From the NCBI RefSeq assembly GCF_009914755.1, contig NC_060947.1: DNA of 64,000 bases; one strand, given 5' to 3'. The DNA is from the human T2T-CHM13v2.0 reference genome, Homo sapiens. This document shows positions 54,089 to 64,000 of the stretch, piece after piece. The notes under the pieces were generated by a model. That model made no database searches. It had not been told where the DNA came from and saw nothing but the letters and a program-made list of their open reading frames with translations. Every line of letters starts with the position of its first letter. Positions within the stretch are counted from its first letter, which is position 1. The position numbers and the translations under genes are program-made.

Positions 54089-54472
54089 ATGAATGTGATT
54101 CATCACATAAACAGAACAAAAGACAAAAAACACATGATTATTTCAATCAATGCAGAAAAGGCTTTTGATAATATTCAACATCCCTTCATGTTAAAAACTC
54201 TCAATAAACTAGGTATTGAAGGAACATACCTCAAAATAGTAAGATTCACATATATCAAACTCACAGCCAATAACACACTAAATGAGCAAAAGCTAGAGGC
54301 ATTTCCCTTGCAAAGTGGCACAACACAAGCACACCCTCTCTTACCATTCTTATTCAACATGGTATTGGAAGTTCTGACCAGGGCAATGAGGCAAGAGAAA
54401 GAAATAAAGAGTATTCAAATAAAAAGAAAGGAAGCGAAATTATCTTTGCAGATAGCATTATCCTACATCTAG
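54089..54472 (+). pseudogene. L1 ORF2 reverse-transcriptase fragment (non-functional)
   Basis: [49 protein letters not shown] is L1 ORF2p RT; flanked by frameshifts and stops. Confidence 0.9.
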
Positions 54473-55656
54473 AAAACCTTATCATCTCAGCCCAAAAGCT
54501 CCTTAAGCTGGCAAGCAACTTTAGCAATGTCTCTAGATACAAAATCAATGTGCAAAACTTGCTAGTATTCCCATACACCAACAACAGGCAAGCAAAGAGC
54601 CAAATCATGAATGAACTCTCATTCACAATTGCTATGAAGAGGATAAAATAAGGAAAGTAACGGACATCTTCAAAGAGAACTACAAACCACTGCTCAAAGA
54701 AATCAGAGAGAAAACAAACAAATGGAAAAATATTTCATGCCCATAGATAGAAATAATCAATATCGTAAAAATGGCCATACTGCCTTAAGTAATTTATAGA
54801 GTCAATGCTATTCCCATTAAACTACCACTGACATTCTTCACAGAACTAGAAAAAACTATTTCAAAATGCCTATGGAACCAAAAAAGACCCTGAATAACCA
54901 TGACAATCCTAAGAAAAACAAACAAAGCTGGAGGCATCATATTACCTGACTTCAAATTACACTACACTTCAAATTAAACTGCAGTAAACCAAACAGCATG
55001 GTACTGGTACAAGAACAGACACATAGACCAGTGGAACAGAATAGAAAACTAAGAAATAAGACCACACACCTACGGCCAAGTGATCTTCAACAAATCTGAC
55101 AAAAACAAACAATGGGGAAAGGATTTCCTATTTAATAAATGGTGCTGGGAGAACTGGCAAACCATATGCAGAAAATTGAAATTGGACCCCTTCCTTACAC
55201 TATATACAAAAATTAACTCAACATGGATTAAAGGCTTAAATGTAAAACCCAAAACTATAAAAACCCTAGAAGAAAATCTAGGCAATACCATTTAGGACAT
55301 AGGCATGGGCAAAGACTTCATCATGAAAATGCCAAAAGCAATTGGAACAAAAGCAAAAATTAACAAGTGGTATCTAATTAAATTAAAGAGCTTCTGCACA
55401 GGAAAATAAACTATTATCAGAGTGAACAGACAACCTAGAGAATGGGGGAAATTTTTTGCAATGTATCCATCTAACAAAGGTCTAGTATCCAGTGTCTAGG
55501 GGAAACTTAAATAAATTTACAAGAAAAAAAAACCATAGGCAAAGGACATGAACAGACACTTCTCAAAAGAAGACATTCATATGGCCAACAAACATGAAAA
55601 AAAGCTCAACATCACTGATCATTAGAGATATGCAAATCAAAACCACAATGAGATAC

Positions 55657-56024
55657 TAATATGGTTTGGCTGTGTCCCCACCCAAATCTCATCTTGAATT
55701 ATAGCTCCCATAATCTCCACGTGTTGTGGGCGGAACCCGGTGGGAAGCAATTGAATCATGGGGTGGGTTTTTTTCCATGCTGTCCTCATGTTGGCGAATA
55801 AGTTTCATGAGATCTGATGGTTTTATAAAGGCAGTTTCCCTGCACTTGCTCTCTCACATTGCCTGCCACCGTGTAAGACAAGCCTTTGCTCCCCCTTTGC
55901 CTTCCACCCTGATTGTGAGGCCTCCCAAGCCATTCAGAACTGTAAGTCCATTAAACCTTTTTTTCTTTATAGATTATCCGGTCTCATTTATTTCTTCATA
56001 GTAGTATGAAAATGGACTAATACA
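55657..56024 (+). mobile_element. THE1B/C-like solo LTR inserted in L1
   Basis: atatggtttggctgtgtccccacccaaatctcatc...ggactaataca; perfect TSD gatac at 55652-56 and 56025-29. Confidence 0.95.
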
Positions 56025-56538
56025 GATACCATTTCACACCAGGCAGAATAGCTGTTATCAAAATGTCAAAACAAACAAACAAACAAAAAAAACAGATGCT
56101 GCCAAGGTTGCTGAGAATAAGAAATGCCTTTACACTGTTGGTGGGAATGTAAATTATTTCAACCACTGTGGAATACAGTGTTTCAATTCCTCAAAGATCT
56201 AGAGGCAGAAATACAATTTGACCCAGCAATTCATCACTCAGTATATACCCAAGGGAATATAAATCATTCTATTATAAAGATACATGCACACATATGTTCA
56301 TTGTAGCACTATTCACAATAAGAAAGACATAGAATAAACCCAAATGACCATCAGTAGTAGACAGGATAAAGAAAATATGGTACATACACACTATGGAATA
56401 CTATGCAGCCATAAAAAGGGAATGAGATTATGTCCTTTGTAGGGACATGGATGGAGTTGGAAGGCATTATCCTCAGCAAACTAATGCAGGAACAGAAAAC
56501 CAAACACCACATGTTCTCACTTATAAGTGGGAGCTGAG

Positions 56539-56934
<396 letters not shown>

Positions 56935-57129
56935 TCAGGCAAAATAGCTAATGGATGCTGGGCCGAATACCTAGGTGATGGGATGATCTGTGCATAAAAC
57001 CACAATGGCACATGTTTACCTATGTAACAAACCTGCACATCCTGCACATATACCCCTGAACTCAAAATAAAAGTTGAAAAAAAAAGGATAGAAGAAAAGT
57101 CTAAAAACAATTAAAAACAATAAAAATAT

Positions 57130-58330
<1,201 letters not shown>

Positions 58331-58905
58331 GTCATGGCTCAATAAATTATTTTAATGACTATTAGGTAGCGTGAAGATAGAATATATTGTACATACTGTC
58401 TCACTTAATAGAAAGGAAGGGGTACCATTAATCACTATATGAGATAATAGATGAAAATTACAATTGTCTCAGGAAAACAAGATACAATCTTACCCTATTT
58501 TAAAAAGTAGATTACGTGGCAGTTAGTGGAAGATAGATCAGAATGATGAGTAAGAGCAGAAACTGGGAAGCCAGTCAGGACTTCATTATGGAGATGATTG
58601 TGTCCTGGACTATACTGATATTTGTAAAAATGATAGAGAAGTAAATAATATTTGAGATACATTTTGGAGGCAGAACTTTGTTACCAATTGATTGAATAAT
58701 AAAAGATAAATGGATAAACTAGGCTAGTCAAGGATGACTTTAAAGTTTCCCAATTGTGTTTATTGAAAGAGTATGTTTCCATTTGCTGATGTAGGAAATA
58801 TTAACAGAAGGAAAACGTTTGAAGAGACAATGTTCATTTCAATAGTGCATATGTTGAATTATATATGTTTGTGAGGCATATGGGCACGCATAAAAGTTCG
58901 AAAAA

Positions 58906-59468
58906 TGTGGTGTGGTACAGTCAGTGTAGCCGCAAAGGAAAACAAGAACAAGGCCTAGAAGGAAGAGGTTTGATTATATTTACAGGTCCAACAGAGTAGG
59001 GTCGCCAAATGTCACAGAGGACCACAGAGGGCTAGGCTTTTCTCACGTGGAAAAAGATAGAAGCAAAGGGAATCCAGAGCCAGAGTCTTTATGGGGGTTT
59101 CTATGGGAAAAGCAAGGCAGGACAGAATAAACAACTTAATATTGGCTGGTTTGAATAATTTGAAAGGTCCTTGAGGTATAAACACGGTCTCCAGGTTTTT
59201 TTTATATTTGGCCCTAGGTGATTTAGGGCAAGGTAAATCTTGGCTTGGTGTGTAAAGAGTTAGACAAGGCTGTGAAAGGAGCTATAGACTTTGGTCTATA
59301 GACCAAAGATTGGCTCGATTGCACATGCAAGACATGCTCCCAACCTGGCCCTTTACTAACTCAAAGAATTGGCTAGCCCTGGCCCTGGCAGTCTTTACAT
59401 GGCTAGTAGCCTTTGTAAGATGTCAACACATCATAAAATACATAACATTTAAAAAAATGATTAATACA
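58906..59468 (-). mobile_element. ERVL LTR (MER54/MER74/MER88-like), inside L2 remnants
   Basis: terminus aagatgtcaacacatcataaaatac..atgattaataca; gaattggctagccctgg. Confidence 0.65.
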
Positions 59469-60557
59469 GTAGTCAAATGTGACAATGTGCAGAGAGATCA
59501 GAAGTTAGATATACATTTTTAATCGATGTTTTATAGTTCACAATTGGAGCCAGGAAGTGTATTTTGATGTAGAAAAGACGAGAGTTCAAAACATATCTCA
59601 AAGATACTGTAATCTTTGGATAAGTAAGAAGAAGTGAAGGAAACAGAAAAGAAACAAATCAGAGGGGAAAAACACAAATCAGAAGAACAAGGTGTAATGA
59701 AAAACAAAGAAAGTGAAAGTTTTTAGAAGACGGGAATGATCTACTTCATCAAATGTTCCTGTTAAATAGTCTTTACTGTATTACATTAACTTCTCTTATA
59801 GTCAGTTTTTACTTTTAAAAAAGCTGGAATATAAATACTTTGTAGAGAGGTGTTCGAAATTTAATATATAAAGCAATGCTACTCAAATTTAGGTCTGGAT
59901 ACCAGTGCTAATCCAGGAATTGTTTGATTCTGGTTTGTGATAAGTACATAAATTGAAACAGAATGTTAAAAAAGAAATGTTTACAGAAAACTTTATGTCT
60001 CTTGAATCTAATCATTTAAAACATAGACTTGACTCATGTCTTTGCTTTTCTCTATTAAGTTTATATTAATGAATTATTTTATTTTATAAAAGTGTGAATC
60101 CATGGTAGATGGAGAGAAAAACTGTTCTTAGACTACAGATAATTTAGGAAGTACAGATCTAAAACAAACATCATAGTGCCCTTCTTTAAATTGATATTGG
60201 TAAAACCACATCTATGAGGTTGTGTGTGTATGTGTGTGTACAGAAAAGATGGCTGAGTTATATTTAAAAAAATAAGACAAAACTGCTTTCTTATAGGTTT
60301 CAGTAACTTTAAAATCTAGCATTTCTATTATAATCCAAGCATGTAACATATACATATAAAATCACAAAGTAATTACTAAACCAGCATATCAATCTAGTCA
60401 AAATTACACTAATTAAAAGAGACTGCATGATAAAGCAATTAATGCCTATTTTTTAAGGGTTTAAATAAGGACCAATACATCAATATGGTTTGGGATTAGA
60501 CTAGAATTTTCAGATACCTTAAACTTGAGTTTATAAAATTGGGACAATTGATTAAGT

Positions 60558-61290
60558 GATTCATTCAACCAAATTCATCAAGACCTCACTATGAGTCAAG
60601 CACTGTTCTACTGCTGATAATATAGTAGCAAACAATAGTTACGGTTTCAGTCACAGAGTTTATAATCTAGGGTTGGGGAAGAGTTAAAGTAAAACACACA
60701 GTGAATACAATATTTGAGGTGGTGATGAGTGGCATACTGAAAATTTAAAAAGGGTCGTTTGGAGTGCTGTTTTACGTAGGATGATAAGGTAAAGACTCTC
60801 TGATACAGAGGTATTTGCACAGAGACTTGGACTAAATGAAGGAGTTGGTCATGCTGATATTTGGGTAAAGAGTTTTTCCAGAGAGATGGAATAGCAAGGG
60901 CAAAGGACTTGAGATAGAAGTGTGTTTGCCATTTTTATGGAATACCAATGGGGCATTGTAACTTGAGAAAAATAAAGAAGAGAGGAATAAAAGACGAAGT
61001 CAGAGAAATAGTGGGAACACAGATCTGTAGGGCATTTTAGGACAAAATAGGGCTTTTTTGCTCATACTTTTATCTAATTTGGAATCCATTGATGATTCTG
61101 AGCACAAGTATCATATGACTTGACTTATATTTTAAGAATGGTTCTGTTTTTTGAACATGGAGGAGTGCACATTAAGAGTCAAGGACACCAATGGGGAGAC
61201 CGTGCGGCAAAGTGAGAGATTATGGAGGTATAACCACATCTAGATCAAGGTTGGAGTGTCAGTGGAGATGAGAAGTGGGGGATTTTGACT
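60558..61290 (-). mobile_element. L2 fragment
   Basis: attcattcaacc..ctatgagtcaagcactgttcta; gaatagcaagggcaaaggacttgag; gtggagatgagaagtgg. Confidence 0.65.
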
Positions 61291-61652
61291 ACCATAGTAA
61301 TCTTTCTATAATTTGGACCTGACTTATTTCTCCAGTGTCAGTTCCTATTATATCTTTTCCAATGATGACAAGATTAATATTAATGCTAATAGAAAGTATT
61401 AATTGAGTGCACGCTATGTTCTAGACACTTTTCTAAGCAGTGAGAAGAGGCGAAGAAATATACTTTTCACATAATGCCTCGTGTTAGACTATTGTATATA
61501 AGCCTGTCCTATTCACATGAGAATGTGAACACCTCAGAGATAAGAGCCACGTCTTATTTATCTTTAAAAATCCTTTAGTACATGGAATAGTGCCCTGAAC
61601 ATAGTATTTACTCAATAAATCTTTGTTGTGTCTGCTCATAAAGATAGTGAGG

Positions 61653-61777
61653 GGCTGGGCGCAGTAGCTCATGCCTGTAATCCTAGCAATTTGGGAGGCT
61701 GAGGTGGGCGGATCACCTGAGGTCAGGAGTTCGAGACCAGCCTGGCCAACATGATGAAACCCCATCTCTACTAAATA
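61653..61777 (+). mobile_element. AluS left arm only (right arm absent)
   Basis: ggctgggcgcagtagctca..atcacctgaggtcaggagttcgagacc..catctctactaaa, then non-Alu sequence. Confidence 0.93.
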
Positions 61778-62054
61778 TATCTATTTAGTAGAGATTTTAT
61801 AATATATAATATTATAATTATATATATTATATTGTATATGTCAAATAAAAAAGAGTTTGACGTCCACAAATAAACAATGCTTGTTAAATTCTCAAATTAT
61901 AAGAATAGAAGCAAGCTTGGCCTTATATTCACACTCAAAAATAAAAAAACTACCAAATTAAAAACCTATTTTTGAGTAAACATAATTGGGACCTTAATGT
62001 TTCAAAACTGAAGTATGATGTGTTTTGGTTTTTGTATGTTTGTTTGTTTCTAAA

Positions 62055-62217
62055 TTTTTACTTTTTATTTTTAATTTTTGTGGGTGCATAGTAAGTGTAT
62101 ATATTTATAGGGTACATGGGATGCTTTGACAGGCATGCAATGTGAAATAATCACGTCATGTAGAATAGGGTTTCCATCTTCTCAAGCATTTATTCTTTGT
62201 GTTACAAACAATCCAAC
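62055..62217 (-). mobile_element. L1MA (L1MA2/3-like) 3' terminus
   Basis: tttttgtgggtgcatagtaagtgtatatatttatagggtacatg; reverse-complement homologue of about 50300-50455. Confidence 0.85.
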
Positions 62218-62219
62218 TG

Positions 62220-63110
62220 TGTTTTGCAAGAGTACTTATTTTTTACTGTAATTCATAGTCATGAAATCTCTTGAGTTCCCTAGGCCTTATCTATATATGA
62301 CATGGAACATGGCCTCCTTCCATGAAGCAGGGGCTTAATCAACAGGAATTAGTCCTGCCCATTTACTCTGTGCCTGTTGCCTGGCTTTGGATCCCTCAGA
62401 TCTGGTTTTCCTTTCTAGGGCTTCAACCAAAGTTTGTAATTGAGTTTGGGACAAAAAGGTGTCTCGGGGGATGCATGGATTTATTTAGATTAAGTCCCAG
62501 ACAGACTTTGCCAAATTTGCCGTTATTAGCCAGTGGGATGGCTCCTCTGTTGCTTTCCTATCATAAGCAGAGTGCAGAGGTAGGAAAAGAAACCTCTCAC
62601 ATAGAAAAGGAAAAAGAAAAAAAATCGATTTAGGTGGAGAAGAACCTCTTCCTCTATGCAAATGGATTCCTTAAATCACTGTATCCTTCCTCTGGCTCGG
62701 ACAAAGCCGGACCTCTCGCCCGGGGAGGAAAGACCCTATGGGCACATGGCAGGAGGGGATGGCGGGTGGGACATGCTGGCCAACTAGCCACGTGAGGCCC
62801 CTGGCCCCTGAGACTGCCCTGGGGCCTGGGCAGCAGCCACAGTTCTCTCCCACCCTGCATGGCCATTGCAAACATACCCCTCGCCCCACATGTGCAGACA
62901 CAGGTGTGTGCCGTGGATCCGCCCAAGCACCCCATCCAGGAGGGAAGGGGGGTGAGAAGGGGAGCCACCATGCACCCTGCGTGGCTGTGGATCTTTGGCT
63001 AGAGGTGGGGATCGCACCTCTATGAACGAATGGAAATCACATTGTTCTAAATTGCATATGTGGTGGCTAGGCCAAACACTCATTTTACCTAGTAACATTT
63101 CTGCAGTTTG
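62220..63110 (-). mobile_element. ERV1 internal fragment (HUERS-P3/MER52/MER61-int-like), GC-rich
   Basis: gagtttgggacaaaaaggtgtctc..tttagattaagtccc..ctatcataagcagagtgc resembles an ERV1 leader region; family and strand uncertain. Confidence 0.5.
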
Positions 63111-64000
63111 TAACAAGATCCTTATCAATAATATTCAAAATGATGTTATAACATAGCAATTTAATAGCTGGAAAGTTATTAAAAATTCAAGTGTAGAGCA
63201 GCAAACAAAATTTAATCAGGAAATTTGTTACTGACTTCAAATGATTTGACACAATGATTAATTATTTGTCCATTATATGAATAATGGACAAAACAAATGA
63301 TTTGTCCATTCAATTCTACTTAGAATATACAAATTTAGATAAAATATAGAAACGACTCTGTGAATACACACAAAAAAAACAAATTTTCCACTTTTTTATT
63401 CCACAAAAGCAGTCTGTTACTTATTTGAAAACAGCAAATTTATCTTCCAAATTTATTATGTAATACAAGTATCCTTGTGCAAGATGCAACTATGAACAAA
63501 ACTGATTGTGCCTCTGTTTTCGTGCTTCAGTGTTTTAAAAGTACTTCAAAAAGACAAAAAAATAAAGTATCTCAAAGCCAACCAATGCTTCACAGAGAAA
63601 AAGACAGTAGAAAAGTTACATAAAATATAAATAACTTTTTCTTAAAAGCATTAGGGAACTAATACAGAAACAAGACCAGAGTGCTCAAGATTCTGGGAGA
63701 GAGAAGAAACACTGAGAGTTGAGTAGATACTTTTACCTCAGGAGTCCATTTTGTCATAAATGGACTGAGAGCTCAAAATCCAGTCTTTGCTCAGGCAGAA
63801 TGGTTGCTGAAAGACAGAGGTATAAGCAAAGTGTTTGTCAGTGTCAACAAACTAGAGAGAAAATTGAAAGCTTTAAGGCACAAAATGTTCAACATATTAA
63901 ATAGCAGAAAACTGGGCATTGAATGTGTATTGTTTTATTTTCAAAAAGTTTGCCAAATTCTGAAGCTACAAGTAGCAAGGTGCTGAAAAGCTAAGCTGAT

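Noticed and set aside
62654-63128. GC-rich patch with several ORFs, possible promoter
   Set aside because: Within an ERV-like fragment; short with modest CpG content; peptides not recognisable

Overview
AT-rich primate (probably human or great ape) nuclear DNA with no recognisable protein-coding gene, RNA gene or CpG-island promoter; it looks intergenic or deep intronic. Much of it is interspersed repeats: several LINE-1s (two with 5'-inversion/twin-priming structure), Alus with target-site duplications (TSDs), MaLR LTR elements (THE1, MST, MLT1), ERV1/ERVL remnants, L2/MIR relics, DNA-transposon MITEs and microsatellites. The listed ORFs are repeat-derived or chance. I find no evidence for a new gene system. 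The clearest structure not explained by repeats is a 132-bp inverted duplication of apparently unique DNA (20879-21010 / 21803-21934, 1 mismatch) whose junctions record serial template switching; several smaller fold-back scars occur elsewhere. Repeat subfamily names come from my recollection of consensus sequences, not a RepeatMasker run, and boundaries of old elements are approximate.
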